From contig OX597815.1 of assembly GCA_951406725.2 (NCBI GenBank), positions 137,144,001 to 137,208,000 on the forward strand: DNA of 64,000 nucleotides, written 5' to 3'. This DNA is from Octopus vulgaris (Eukaryota). A program made the position numbers and the translations under genes. Positions 1 to 13,943 of this stretch are shown piece by piece. Position 1 is the stretch's first letter. The number at the start of each line of letters is the position of its first letter. Below the pieces are notes generated by a model, which saw only the letters and a program-made list of their open reading frames with translations, searched no databases and had not been told where the DNA came from.

Positions 1-555
1 TTGCAGTAAGCCCGATAAAATTGTGTATGATCTTTATAACTACTGTAGGTCAGCCATATGTGGAACCAAATATACTTGTCTATAGCGACACTTAATGTAA
101 TAGTATTTTGTATACGTCGACAGTTCTGTCTTCAGTGATGGACACTTGGCTTCTATGGTCAATTTGAGCATTGAACGTGTTTCAGTTGCGTTCGAATGTT
201 CGAGAAATGAGCTTTGTCTGAGGATTTGAAGCTTCTCACCAAGGTTTGCAGTTGTATTGTTTGCTTCTCCCCTTGGTTACTATGATTCTCTCAGATATGG
301 AAACCATTTCGACGGCACACTAAAAGCATGGCACTACAAATGCTTAAGATGTGTGTTAATTATCAGTTGGATATCATATATATCAGACAGAAAAGAGCCA
401 GACAAAGGAAGCTGTTCAGAATGAAAGCTCGCTTTATCAGGTATTATAGGCGCTGGGTTGCACATTACATTAGTTTCAGAATTTACGTGTAATAATTCTC
501 AGTAATTGTTTTAGAAGCGATATAATACAGATTTCGTGATGTCGTAAAACAATGA
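1..555 (+). pseudogene. Decayed rhodopsin-family (class A, peptide-receptor-like) GPCR fragment, truncated by the window edge
   Basis: Manual translation gives ..YSDT*CNSILYTSTVLSSVMDTWLL/(frameshift)VNLSIERV (TM3 Cys plus (D/E)R motif), a later NNS.NCF-like TM7 and RFRDVVKQ helix-8-like segment. Multiple stops and frameshifts; TM5-6 not recognisable. Confidence 0.5.
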
Positions 556-683
556 CTTACATCTTTCAATATTATCGATGACAATTGAAAACTTAGGTGC
601 GAAATAAGAAACTATTGTCAACAAAAAGGTTTCGATGTTGAGGTTTTGGAGTTTAGAGGATCAAAAAAGTGATTTCACCACGT

Positions 684-720
684 ACATATGTATGTATGCG
701 TGTATATGTATATATGTGTG

Positions 721-788
<68 letters not shown>

Positions 789-980
789 TAGGAAAAGAGA
801 AAGGGTAGATAGATAGATAAATACATACATACATACATACATACATACATACATACATACATACATACATACATACATACATACATACATACATACATAC
901 ATACATACATACATACATACATACATACATACATACATACATACATACGTACGTACGTACATACGGACGTACGGACGTAC
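684..980. repeat. Compound microsatellite (TA)n/(GA)n/(TAGA)n/(TACA)n
   Basis: Seen directly; explains ORFs 653-962. Confidence 0.97.
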
Positions 981-1019
981 TTATGTTTTTCTAATTATCT
1001 GTTTAATTTATTGTAAATT

Positions 1020-1560
1020 TTACCGGTCACCTACTTGATAGCAAGGGTGTTAAAGACAGCATCTCTTTTAACCATCATCCTTTTGCAGAGTTTTTCTCGT
1101 CCCAGACATCATGATCGTTTGTGGCACATGATTTAAGGATTTGCATTCTCTCCCCAAGATCCCATGTTCAGCCCATGTTCAGCACCAGGCAGATTAGTAT
1201 GTATCTTGTTACTCCAAAAACAAATAATAGGGATGAAGTTGAAAGTATGCCATGAATACTGGATTTCGTAAATCGTTATCAATGACCCATAGATGTTCTC
1301 TTTCTCTAGTATTTTTCTAAGCCCATCGTGTCCAGAGGGCAGCAGATTTCCATAACAGAATATGTCTCCCCTTTGGGATCCTATACAACGATATTTGCCC
1401 GATTTTGTTTTAACTTAGTGGGTGTTTTAATTTTTAAGTTCCACCTATATGTTTTTGACTCATTGGTCACAATATGGTCAACTTCGTTTGTAGGGTCTTC
1501 ATTTTTTGTTATCCTGTCCCAGACAGTTCTGGCCACCATATCATGCCGCATGAGAATATA
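1020..1560 (-). mobile_element. 3' fragment of an RLE-type (R2/R4 group) non-LTR retrotransposon
   Basis: Translation RHDMVARTVW...KQNRANIVV*DPKGETYSVMEICCPLD resembles the RHD / RPD / E.x.P restriction-like endonuclease motifs; stops present. Confidence 0.7.
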
Positions 1561-1565
1561 ACATA

Positions 1566-1624
<59 letters not shown>

Positions 1625-2441
1625 ATGTGTATACACATACACAGACGGACGCGATAATAGTGAGTTTGTATGAAAACAGTACGAGATGTGTGTACATGTA
1701 CATACACATACATTCTCTCACATTTAGCAATAATGTGCTCAATGTATGTATGTATGTATGTATGTATGTATGTGTGTATGTATGTATGCATGTATGTATG
1801 TGCAAAATTGTGAACGAAGAACTATGTATTTATGGGATACATACTGTTTGAATACCTTCCTGTATTCAAACGGTATGAGATTTAACAGACGACGCACAAA
1901 TGTGTAAATAATTCCCTTGATATATGAAATGTGTTTTCTTACGTGTTTCACTGAGGAAAGAAAAAGGGTAAATGATCAAACTTAGCTGCGATTCTATTTC
2001 AAATTCGCCTTCTGGCCATAGCGAAATAGAGAACTAATGTTTTTATAAACCCACCAAATATGGTAGTATCAGCGAATTGGAAGTCTCAATACACATAATT
2101 TTAGTGCTTATGCTGGAAGCTAATTTAATTAAATATTAATTTGTGCAATAAGCAGACGAGATATAGAATAAATGCATGCTAGTACTCAAACAGTACAAGA
2201 TTCAACGTTATTTACGCAGCTTCGGTTAAATCTCGTACTGTTTTCAAACAAGTTCACAATTATCGCGTGCGCCTGTGCATATATATATATATATATAAAC
2301 ATATGCATATATGTATGTATGTGTGAGTGTGTGTGTGAAAGTGTGTGTATAAGTACATTTAAATATCTTAAAAGTATTTCATCTATAAAGCTGCGGTCAT
2401 ACCAGGGCAAAATATATATCTATATATACATATATATACAA

Positions 2442-2485
<44 letters not shown>

Positions 2486-2623
2486 GTGTGCACATATGTG
2501 TGCTATATATATATGTGTGTACATGTATATACACATACAGAAAAAATATATGTGCGAGTATATGCATATATTTATTTGTATGTATATAATTATGATAAAT
2601 GTATGTACTACATATATATGTGC

Positions 2624-2659
<36 letters not shown>

Positions 2660-4011
2660 GTCTGTATGTATGTATACATACATATATCCATATATACGTA
2701 CATACAGACATACACACGTAGCCACAGACAATTATGGTTTCTTTTGAATGAAAGCACATCAACGTGAAGAAGAAAATCTTGTACAATGAACTGAAATAGA
2801 ATATTTGGTATTGAACTCACTGCGTATTTACATATTGAGATGAATTCGTGTAATGTGAAGATGAAGTGAAATGATTTTAATCCACTTTCTAATTTGTTTC
2901 TGCTTCTCGCTTCATCAGAGAATATGAGAAATTTTGATAGAACGATAATTAAGTAGCATAGTTTAAATGAGAAGGAAGAGAAATGCAAGAACAAAGAACA
3001 TATATGAAAGAAAATTTGGAAGAGAAAAGCTGTTAAATGGCTTAAAGCGAGTATTTGTTTTTTGTTGAGTTTTGTGTTTTTAAAGCTAATAGATTTTGTT
3101 TTGGAAATAAAGCCTTAGTAAATGTATTAAAGAACGTCGATCAAAAGTGCGAGTTTATATTTAAACTAGAGAAATCAATCTTCCAAATGTGTGAGTTAGC
3201 GAAAGGTAATAGCTTAGAAAACCTATATCGGACAAAATTTAAGCGTACACATTAGGTTTAGGGTGAATACGTTTAAGTTATGCGATAGCCAGTATATACA
3301 CTCAATTCGTACATCAAGGTGTAATCTTGTACGAAATGAATCTATACCGGAAGTGAAATTACATACTGAGGCAAGTTATAGATGAGAGACCACAAACAAA
3401 GACACATAAACTATTCGCGCAGATATTAAAGGGAATAGTGTTGACGAAGGATTCATTTTTTTAATAAACTGTGAAGGGACCGGTCGTAATCTCTGTTTTA
3501 ATTTTTGCTTGATTGTTTGTTTGTTTTTGAGGTTTCTGTGTAGATGCATAATAATGCTGACTGGTGTCTAAGGACTTGATATTCTGTGTTAATGGTGATT
3601 TATATTTTTCCAGTATTTGTAGATAGTAATAATTATGAGAGTATTAATTATATAGCGTCACGTATTTTGTGTGTGTGCGTGCGCATGCGTATGTGTGTGT
3701 GTATGCGTGTGTATGAATATGTAGTCCTTATTGATCTTGTCTACAAAGCACTTTACCACCAGCTTGTATTCCTGTGGGAAAAATATATAGGCATTTAGTC
3801 TTTTGAATAAGACAGCCCTGAAGCTACCTGAATACTTTACTGTTGTTTTGTTACATCTAAAACTATTAACATTTTTCGAATATTTCGACGCACCGTTCAC
3901 ATAGTGACCAGATTAAAACATGTGTTATACATATCGTATTATATTTTAAATGAGCTGAGCTGCCTCTTTCTTTTGCTTGTTTACTCATCCATATATATAT
4001 ATATATATATA

Positions 4012-4176
4012 GGCGCAGGAGTGGCTGTGTGGTAAGTAGCTTGCTAATCAACCACATGGTTCCGGGTTCAGTCCCACTGCGTGGCACCTTGGGCAATTGT
4101 CTTCTGCTATAGCCTCGGGCCCACCAAAGCCTTGTGAGTGGATTTGGTAGACGGAAACTGAAAGAAACCTGTCGTA

Positions 4177-4237
<61 letters not shown>

Positions 4238-4450
4238 ATATGTTTGTGTGTCTGTGTTTGTCCCCCTAGCATCGCTTGACAACCGATGCTGGTGCGTTTA
4301 CGTCCCCGTCACTTAGCGGTTCGGCAAAAGAGACCGATAGAATAAGTACTGAGCTTACAAAAGAATAAGTCCCGGGGTCGATTTGCTCGACTAAAGGCGG
4401 TGCTCCAGCATGGCCGCAGTCAAATGACTGAAACAAGTAAAAGAGAAAAG
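4012..4450 (+). mobile_element. tRNA-derived SINE, family 1 (internal TA microsatellite)
   Basis: A-box-like TGGCTGTGTGGTAAG, B-box GGTTCAGTCCC, central GGCACCTTGGGCAA, tail GGCGGTGCTCCAGCATGGCC...CTGAAAC; related copies elsewhere in the window. Confidence 0.9.
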
Positions 4451-4456
4451 AGAAAA

Positions 4457-4495
<39 letters not shown>

Positions 4496-4514
4496 ACGCC
4501 ACTGATTTTTATGC

Positions 4515-6039
4515 AGGGAATGATCTCCTTGAGTAACATACTACAGAAAACTAAGTTGGGCTATGATCTGTGAAGAGGTAATGAAAAACTGTATCACATG
4601 CCATTCACAAAATATACTATTCAAAAGAACTGAGGCGAAACTGGACAGCCTAGTCCAGTCCGTGCGGATTTTCTCTAATGAGAAATTGAATGGTGTTTGG
4701 ACTCTCAAAATGTGCTACGATGGTGATGAGACGTGGAAAGCTTTTCAGGACAGAAGATATGTGGTTGCCAAGTGGTGAAATGATGAAGGCAATTAAACAG
4801 CAATCCAACTACAAATACCTGTGAGGCCTTGAGTCAGATGGAATCACAACGACATGAAGGAAAAGACAAAAAAAGAGTATCTGTAGCGAGTGAGGAAAAT
4901 ACTGGCTTCAAAGCTGAGTATCAGAAACATAATCGCGCGCATCGTAGTAGTTCGGTATGGCGTTGGAATCCTAAAGTGGACAGAAGTGGAGCTAAAGAAG
5001 ATGAACCGGAAGTGAGGAAAACTTCAAACGATGCATGGAACCCATCATTTACGTTCAGACATTGATCATGTATACATGAAGAGAGCAAATGGAGGAAGAG
5101 AACTGCGTGCAAACGTGGAAGACTGCGTGCGTGTCGAACTCAAGAGCTTAATGAGATATCTAGCCCAAAGTAAGAAAACCTTGCTAGTGACAGTTAGGAA
5201 CGAGGGATAATTAAATGCAGAGAAAAAGGAAAAGCAAAGGAAGAAGTACAAAATGGACATGAAGAATAATTACATAAGAGATTACACAATCAATTCCATA
5301 TAGCCACAACTGAAAGTGCTGGAAAAAATAGGTGGGCTTGGCTGATGAAAGGAAACCTAAAAACAAAAAGAGATCGAGAGCATTATACTGGCAGCGAAAG
5401 GCCTAGCTTTGGCCACGAATGGAGTGGAAACAGCCAACACCCATATCACGAATGAATGCCCTAGACTTGCCCAAAACGACTACAAGTTGTGGCGACACGA
5501 TCAGGTAGCGAAAGTGCTACATTGGAAACTGTAAAAACTAGGGGCTAGAGACAAAGCAAGACGTGGTATGAGAACAGAGTAGCGGAGTCGGAGACAAGCA
5601 AGATCCTCTGGGAGTTCCCAATCCGTACAGATCAGGAGCTAGAGCATAAGACACCGGACCTACTGGAGGTAGAGAAGGTGCACCACACGTACTATATAGT
5701 TGATGTTGCATGCCACTTTGACCCACGGATAGTCAAGATAGAAAAGATAAACAGATACAACCCTCTTAAGTACGAAATAGCCCGGCTATGGAAAATGAAT
5801 AAGGTGAAGGTAGTGTTAATTATTGTTGGGTCCTTTGGGACAGTATCAGAAGGCATCAAGAGGTATATAAAGGAAATTGGAATAGAGTAAATTTGCCTCA
5901 TTGGCACGGCCAGAATAATCAGGAAAGTATTAGATAGCTGAAAAGAACGGATAGTGTGGTACCGTAGGCTACAGGTAGCAAGCCCACTATGCATGCATAC
6001 AAGACTCCACAAGTTTCAACAAAATCTGTGATAAAGAGA

Positions 6040-6040
<1 letters not shown>
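4515..6040 (+). mobile_element. Degenerate 5'-truncated R4-group RLE LINE (RT C-half to RLE), ending in (TAA)n
   Basis: Fragments LDSLVQSVRIFSN..FGLSKC, RHDQVAKVLHW, IVDVACHFD, KVKVVLIIVGSFG; many stops and frameshifts. Confidence 0.8.

Positions 6041-6131
<91 letters not shown>
6040..6131. repeat. (TAA)n array, tail/target of RLE LINEs
   Basis: Pure TAA run lying between two LINE copies. Confidence 0.95.
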
Positions 6132-6133
<2 letters not shown>

Positions 6134-7071
6134 GCTGATAGGTGGGAGGAGAAACCTCTGCACGGCAAATATGTGGCGCGCAGCAAACAAGCTGATGTTG
6201 ACCAGAAGCAAACCCATCAGTGGCTACGGAGCTCAGGGCTAAAAGCAGAGAGCGAAAGTTTCATCCTGGCTGCTCAAGATCAAAGCCTATCAACCCGGAA
6301 CTACCAGGCCAATGTGATGAAAAATGGAGCAGACCCAAAATGCCGATTCTGCAACGACATGATTGAAACAGTGGACCACCTAATCTCTGGATGTAAAGTC
6401 TTAGCACCAGTGGAGTATAAATTAAGATATGACAGAGTTGGCCAATATCTACACTGGCTAATAAGTCGGCATTACAATATCAAAACTGCCGACAAGTGGT
6501 ATAATCACCACCCTGAGGCTGTTACTGAAGGAGAAAATGTAACCATTCTGTGGGACTTTCCAGTACATACAGACCGAACCATCAAGGACAATAAACCAGA
6601 TATTGTTGTGAAAGACCAAAACAATAAAGTTTGCTTATTGATCGACATGAGCATCCCCTGTGATCATAATATCTCAGCGAAAGAATTTCACAAGCTCAGA
6701 AAATATAAAGACCTACTCATTGAAATTGAGAAAATGTGACATCTCAAGGCGGTTACAATACTAGTGATCGTAGGAGCACTAGGAATGATCAAGAAGGGAA
6801 CCGAAAATTATATGAGAATGATCCCTGGCTTACCATCCCTGCAAGAAGTGCAAAAGATTGTCTTAACTGGTACATCACACGTATTGAGAAGAGCATTGTC
6901 GATGTGAGAACTATTACTACCCATATATTTTAATTTAACTTTAAAAAAAAATAAACGAACTATTGAGTTTAGTTTAATAGCCTACCAATGTATACTATGA
7001 GTTTCTTTGCCCTAGGAGTCGGGAAGACACTCGGCAAGAAATAGAAGCAAATTTGAAAGAAGAAAAAAAAG
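6131..7071 (+). mobile_element. 5'-truncated Dong/R4-like LINE (CCHC zinc knuckle + RLE + 3'UTR)
   Basis: ORF 6131-6739: KPLHGKY, AAQDQ, CRFC..ETVDHLISGC, KPDIVV, LIDMSIP, RKYKDL. Premature TGA at a Trp codon, then the frame continues to about 6907. Confidence 0.92.
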
Positions 7072-7110
7072 TAATAATAATAATGATAATAATAATAATA
7101 ATAATAATAA

Positions 7111-8390
7111 TTGTTCTTTATAGCTTCAATGTGCTTAACTGGAATACCAGTGAAATAATGAAACTTGACAGAAAAATCCGCAAGCTACTGACTTGTAATA
7201 AGATGCACCATCCAAAGACAGACGTGGATCGTCTTTACTTTCCCAGAGCTCAAGGAGGACGAGGTATGATCCAGCTTGAACTTACGTACAAAACCACCAC
7301 AATCAGACTGGCCAAATACCTTGAAGTAACCAACGATTGGATGCTAAAACTTGTTGAAAAACATGAAAGACCGAAAGAAATTCACTCTATTCTGAAAGAA
7401 AGCAAAAAATTCGCTACTGATCTCTTAGATACCTACCAGATCGATTAGGTTGAAGAAAATGCGCCAACTGCCGCTGCGAAGGAAATAAAATTGATCGCAA
7501 AAACAAAAGCGCATGAAAAATTAGCTAGCAGAAGGGAACAGAAACCTCTGCATGGCAAGTATGTGGCCCGTAGCAAACGAGCTGATGTCGACCAGAAAGA
7601 GACGCACCAATGGTTACGAAGCTCAGGGCTAAAAGCGGAGAGTGAAGGTTTCATATTAGCTGCTCAAGATCAATGCTTATTAACCCGGAACTACCAAGCC
7701 AATGTGATAAAAAATGGAGCTAAACCAAAATGCCGATTCTCTAACGATGAGATTGAAACAATAGACCACCTAATCTCAGGGTGTAGAGCCTTAGCACTTG
7801 TAGAATATAAAGCAAGACATGACAGAGTCGGCCAGTATTTGCACTAGACAATATGTCGGCATTATAAAATCAAAACCGCTAACAAATGGTATAAACACCA
7901 TCCTGAAGCTGTGACTGAGGGAGAAAATGTGTCGATTCTGTGGGACTTTCCTGTGCATATCGACAGAACTATAAACGCTAATAAACCGGATATCATCATA
8001 GAAGATCAGACAAAAAGGATGCGTTTGTTAATTGATATGAGTATTCCTTGCGATCACAATATAGCAGCAAAAGAATTTGACAAAATTAGTAAATATAAGG
8101 ACTTGCTCATGGAAATTGAAAAAATGTGGCATCTTAGGGCGACTACAGTACTAGTGATTGTGGGATCTCTTGAAATTATATAAAATGTACTGAAACCTAT
8201 TTGAAAATGATACCAGGCTTACCATCCCTACAGGAAGGGCAAAAGATCGTTTTGACAGGAACGGCTCATGTACTGAGAAAAGCATTATCGATGTGAAAAC
8301 AACTTCCATTCATGAATTTATTTATTCGTTAATTTTTTAAATACATATTTTACTTATGAATTTGCATGTATAATCTGGGAATGAATACAA
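7111..8390 (+). mobile_element. Second 5'-truncated Dong/R4-like LINE copy
   Basis: ORFs 7053-7448, 7491-7847, 7911-8183: MHHPKTDVDRLYFPRAQGGRG, KPLHGKY, RHDRVGQY, KPDIII; separated by stops; starts right after (TAA)n. Confidence 0.92.
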
Positions 8391-8394
8391 TGAG

Positions 8395-9105
8395 CTTCTC
8401 TACCCAATAGCTCAGCTGTTGCAAAGAGACGATCTTCTTTGTGAAGCTCCGATGGATTGCTTCAAGTCCGCTGTCAATGTTACACTGTTGGGTGACCATA
8501 GCTGGGAGCAGTAATCCAGGAGGCTGAGGACGAATGCCTTTCAGATGACCATCATAGTTTCTTTTTCTCTGGTTCTGAACATTCTCTGGATCCATCCCGC
8601 CAGTCGTCTGCATTTTGTCGCCATCCTGGTAATGTGCACTTGGAAAGAAGTATCATCAGTCGTGTCGATGTTTTGGGCTCTGGAATTGTAATTCCTTGTG
8701 GACCAGTGTACCCTGTAAGCTTCATATACAATTTTGGGCGCTGGTAGCGCAGGGCTTGCAATTTTTCAACATTAAACTGCATATTATTATCCTCAGCCCA
8801 TCTGTAAATTGAGTCCAACTCCTGCTGCAGGTGTGCATCATCGCTGGTGTTCTGTATTTTCTGCGAGACTTTCGTATCATCTGCGTAGCTAGCAAAGGTG
8901 GATATCTGAGCAGTTGAGGACATATCTGAGAGGGCCACTATGAAAAGCAGTGGTCCCAAGACAGTTCCCTGTGGATCACCGCCCACTGTTTTCATTGGGG
9001 TGGTTCCATTGGCCACAACTACCTGACTTCTATCTTTCAGTAAGACCTATAACCACTCTCCAAGTTTTCCAGCTATGCCAAGATCACCCAGTTTGTGGCA
9101 TATCA
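8395..9105 (-). mobile_element. CR1-group LINE reverse-transcriptase fragment
   Basis: ORF 8552-9016: PQGTVLGPLLF, YADDTK, MQFNVEK. Confidence 0.88.
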
Positions 9106-9282
9106 TACTATGTAATTCTTTTTATTTGGCACCTGGGCCATGACACTGAGGGAACACCACAAGGATAGACAGAACACCACAGTGGAGCCAAAAAACATAA
9201 AACGAATGAAAATGGAAAAGTGTACAATGAAATCGATGATTATGAAATAGATACATCCGCCCCATTCACATATATATATAAA

Positions 9283-9695
9283 GTAGCAGGCGAGGCTGTT
9301 TGGTAAGAAGCTTGCTTTCCAACTACATGGCTCCGGGTTGGGCCCCACTGTGTGGCACCTTGGACAAGTGTCTTCTACTATAGCCTCGGGCCGACCAAAG
9401 TTGAGTGAGTGAATTTGGTAGACGGAAACTGAAAGAAGCCAGTGATATATATATGTTTGTGTGTGTTTGTGTGTGTTTATGTCTGTGGTTAGCCCTCCAT
9501 CCGCCGCCATCACTGGACAACCGATATTGGAATGTTTTTTTCATCCCTGTAAACTAGCGGTTCGGCAGAAGAATCTGATAGACTAAACTCCAAGCTTACA
9601 AAGAATAAGTTCAGGAGTCGATTTCTTCGACTGAAAGGCGGTGCTCCAGTATGGCTACTGTCAATTGTCTGAAACTAGTAAAAGAATAAAATAAT
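9283..9695 (+). mobile_element. tRNA-derived SINE, family 1
   Basis: Colinear similarity to 4012-4450. Confidence 0.88.
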
Positions 9696-11159
9696 AAAGA
9701 ATATATATACATGTGTGTATATGTGTGAGTGTGTGTGTGTATATGTGTGTGTGTTTTGGATACGTGTATATAAGTGCGTGCGTGAGTGCGTGTTGTGCAC
9801 GCTCGCGCATCTTTAGAAAATGTTTATCGGTAAATGATAAAATACTGGTAAACAGGTGGTCGTTCAACTAATTCTCGTGTAAATTATGTTCTGTATCGTG
9901 TTAGACAATGTTTTTTTTATTTGTTGTTTTTTTTTTTCCTTTTCAATCTCATCTTCAGATATGCCAGTGAATCGGTGATTGGCCAGTAGCCAATGATATT
10001 GTTCTATATAAATTACCTTATGAAATAAATAAATAATCATATAAAACCAATACGTAAAATAATTGTGTATTGTGTGATACATATATATATATATATATAT
10101 ATATGAGTGGCTACCAGTGTCTCTATATGTGCGTACGTATGCGTGTTAACTAATATTTTAAACTTTTATTTTTTTATATATCATCGGTGTCGTCTGTGTC
10201 ACTGTATAACCGTCTGCTCTACTGTTTGTATTGTTGCTTGCCGTGTAATTTACATTGTTATTTTTCCTTTTTCGTTGCGATCTTGTTGTCTATTCTTTTG
10301 TTGATGGTCTTCGTTTCCTTCTGTTTTGTTTCGTTTTTTTGTTATTTGTTTTCATTTTAATTCTTTTTTGTCAGCTCATATTTTCAGCTGTTCCGGTTCA
10401 CTGCAAGCCAGCTTAATGATTTAGTCAGTGAAACATTATTATATTGTTGTTTTCATTGTCACTGGTGTTAGTATTGTATTGAGGTGGAGCATTGACTACA
10501 AGGTAATTAGTATCCTTTTTTGAAGGATAATAAAGAAACTTTTAAAATCTATATGACTTGAAATGAATTTGAAAATAATACCATTTGATTAATATTTCAC
10601 TAGCCAAACTACAAATGTTGACGCACTACAAATATCAAACAAGATACACAAGGCAGTATTCCTCTTATAGCAGGAATGGTGCTCCTGCCACTCATACAGA
10701 CTTATAAAAACACATCCAAAACGGGTTACTCAAATAATTGGCATGCAGGACCCGAGTCCACAAGTTTGTTGCCTGCCTCTTTTTGTTATGCAGCCGTTAC
10801 TATAACGGGTTCTTCTCGTTGGAGCCGGTACAAGTCTTCTGGTGAAAAAGCTATTTGCACTGTGACGGTTTTTTCTCTATCTTTACCTCTTGTAGTTAGT
10901 AAAGTGGATGCTTTCATAATATAGTAAACCAATAAATATTAATTAATTTATATGACAACTATAATGAGGAAAAACAATCATTAAACTAATAACTAATAAT
11001 GGGACAAATCAGAAGAAATAAAATTATTTGAATTTAGAATAGAATACAGTAGTGTGTGAATTTGTTCTTTGGCTTTACAGCAATAACATTGGGCATGTTT
11101 TTGTCTTATGAGACTTATGAAAAATCAAAATGTATGCAAAACATTATTCTTGAGATAAA

Positions 11160-11425
11160 TTACTCACTGCAAATGGTCCTACTCTTTTCAATATAATCCC
11201 GAAACAAAGTAGGAAAAGACCTAACTTTCAAATGATATCTGCACAGATTCCACCAGGAAGTACCGGATGAACCACCTACACCCGGATACGTCTCAGCCAA
11301 CAACTCTCTGCCTGCGTGGTCCGGGGTGTCCCGAAATATTAAAATATTAAAAGACTTTTCCATGTGGTGCTATTGACTTAGTCATGGCCTGGGCCGAGTA
11401 TGGTCCAAAACAATTTAAGTTAACT
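11160..11425 (+). mobile_element. CR1-group LINE 3' end
   Basis: Manual translation NGPTLFNIIPK...VPDEPPTPGYVSANNSLPAW, typical CR1 ORF2 C-terminus, followed by a short TTAAG-like tail. Confidence 0.7.
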
Positions 11426-11881
11426 AAAAGACAAAATACAAAGTTTTTTTTTCTTTTAGCCTTTTAGTCAAGACCACAACAGAACACCTTAAAAGGCTTC
11501 AGAGACCTGTGACATGGAAGGAAGAAATAATTATCAAACTGAAGTCCTAGCTTGAATCTTTGCACGAAAGGCATTCAACTTATTATTTAGTGTTACTTAT
11601 TAAAGTAGGTGACGTTAACCATTCAGCAATGAATGATCCGTCGAGTAAAGGCACAACGTCTTATAGGGTGACTTGTAAAATTAAGAATTATTTAAAGCAA
11701 CCAATGCTTATCAAAGACAATTAGCTATAAGTGTATCATAACTTATTGGTAGAAGCATTACGAAACTTATTTGTATACATGGTTGTGCGTATATGCATAT
11801 ACACAAGCGCATATTATATATATACATGTATATATATATATATATCGATATATATATATACACATATACAAATACATTTCT

Positions 11882-11949
<68 letters not shown>

Positions 11950-12282
11950 GTATATATACGCTTACGAATCTGTGCACGTGTTTGTGTTTGTGCATGTTTC
12001 TCTATTATTCATGTAGAGAAATATGTATATATATAACTATGTGTCTATAAGTATGCATATGTAAACACAAGCAAACATGCTGAATATATAGATAAATATA
12101 ACAGTAGTTACATATCAACCATAGAAAACCTTTTTGACGATTATATATTATGCGCCATATGTTTTACAAATACAAATGTAATCTCTAACAAAGGAAATCT
12201 AGATTTGATGTGAGCGTGTTACACACAAACTTATATACTTATATACTTATATATACACATAATCACACATATATATGACGAA

Positions 12283-12334
<52 letters not shown>

Positions 12335-12464
12335 TGCGTGTGTATGTGTGTATTCATAACTGCATTTTCATATATAGGACTCTTTCTGATATACACGCAG
12401 ATAAGCATATGTTTATAGATATATAAAAATATATTATACACACAAGCACATCTACACACGCACG

Positions 12465-12547
<83 letters not shown>

Positions 12548-12747
12548 CACAGAAGTATAGTTAGGAGCACTGTAATGTAATTATTGACAAACAAATAATA
12601 AATAAAATTGGACAATTAAACAAGTTGGACACAATCCAAATAAAAATATATACACGGAGATGCAAGTCTCTCCCACGTTTCTGATGATTTTTTTAAAGCG
12701 AAGCAAAAGAAATTAAGCAGATAACAAAATCCCCTTATGTTTACAAG

Positions 12748-12836
<89 letters not shown>

Positions 12837-13106
12837 TGCACATACACGCATGCACACACACACATCACTCGCGCGCAAAAACTATGCAGGCTCGTCATTA
12901 ACAATAATTAAATGTAAAATACTTTTTACTATACCTTGTTGGAATTACATTTGGTGTGTATGGTGGGTATTTCTGGTGATAGATAAAACATTTTCTGCAA
13001 TATTCTTCTACAATATTCTTGTTTTACCTTTTTCTTCGTATTCTTCTTCTTCTGGATTCCTTTCTCTTCTTATTTTCTGTTTCTGGTTTACTCTGTAAAC
13101 GAATGT

Positions 13107-13340
<234 letters not shown>

Positions 13341-13721
13341 CCAGTATATCGAATGTATCGTCGACAGTCAGGAAGATTGCTATTTATAAGAAAACCAGCA
13401 GAACATTACTTGTGGATTGATTTAATATTACGAGTTTGATATCCCGATAAAATAATGGTATACTTCATTTATGTAGTGTAAGCTCATCTCAATTACTCTA
13501 ATGTATAGAATATTTTCAAATGGTCACATAGAAATTGATAATTGTTCCTACTGAACCTGTCGCATTTATATGTTCGTTACGGTTCGAACTATTTCATATG
13601 CGTCTAATTTAGATCGCTAATGCCAATAATCATCCGCAGAAAACACATTGCAAATTTCACAACTTTCTAGTTACCTCTCCAGCATCAACTCCTAAATCAT
13701 TAACTTAATCAAATGTAATTA

Positions 13722-13943
13722 CAGTAATCCCTCGCCATATCGCTGTTTACCAGTCGCGGTATATTTTTTAAGCTTATGCCTATTCCTCCGTAGTGTTGTT
13801 TTGCATTTATAATAAAACAAATATATACAAATTATAAAGATAATTTTTAAAATATACAGTACAGTACTGTTTCTACTTCGCGGATTTCCACCTATCGCGA
13901 GAGGTTTTGGAACGTAGCAACCGCGATAGTCGAGGGATTACTC
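13722..13943. mobile_element. Tigger/pogo-type MITE
   Basis: TIRs CAGTAATCCCTCG...CGAGGGATTACTC flanked by TA on both sides; no ORF. Confidence 0.8.

Noticed and set aside
2888-2922. Minus-strand CTGATGA...GAAAC motif
   Set aside because: Stems II and III do not pair; likely chance.
2740-3560. Possible Penelope N-terminal or terminal-repeat remnant (similar impression at 39400-39720 and 40480-41060)
   Set aside because: Composition is suggestive, but no diagnostic motif could be read reliably.
4012-4085. tRNA gene
   Set aside because: A/B-box-like motifs only; no cloverleaf, and it continues into a SINE body.
10389-10503. Possible + strand exon (TTTTCAG...AAG|GTAATT)
   Set aside because: Splice-like motifs are common in AT-rich DNA; no coding or other support.
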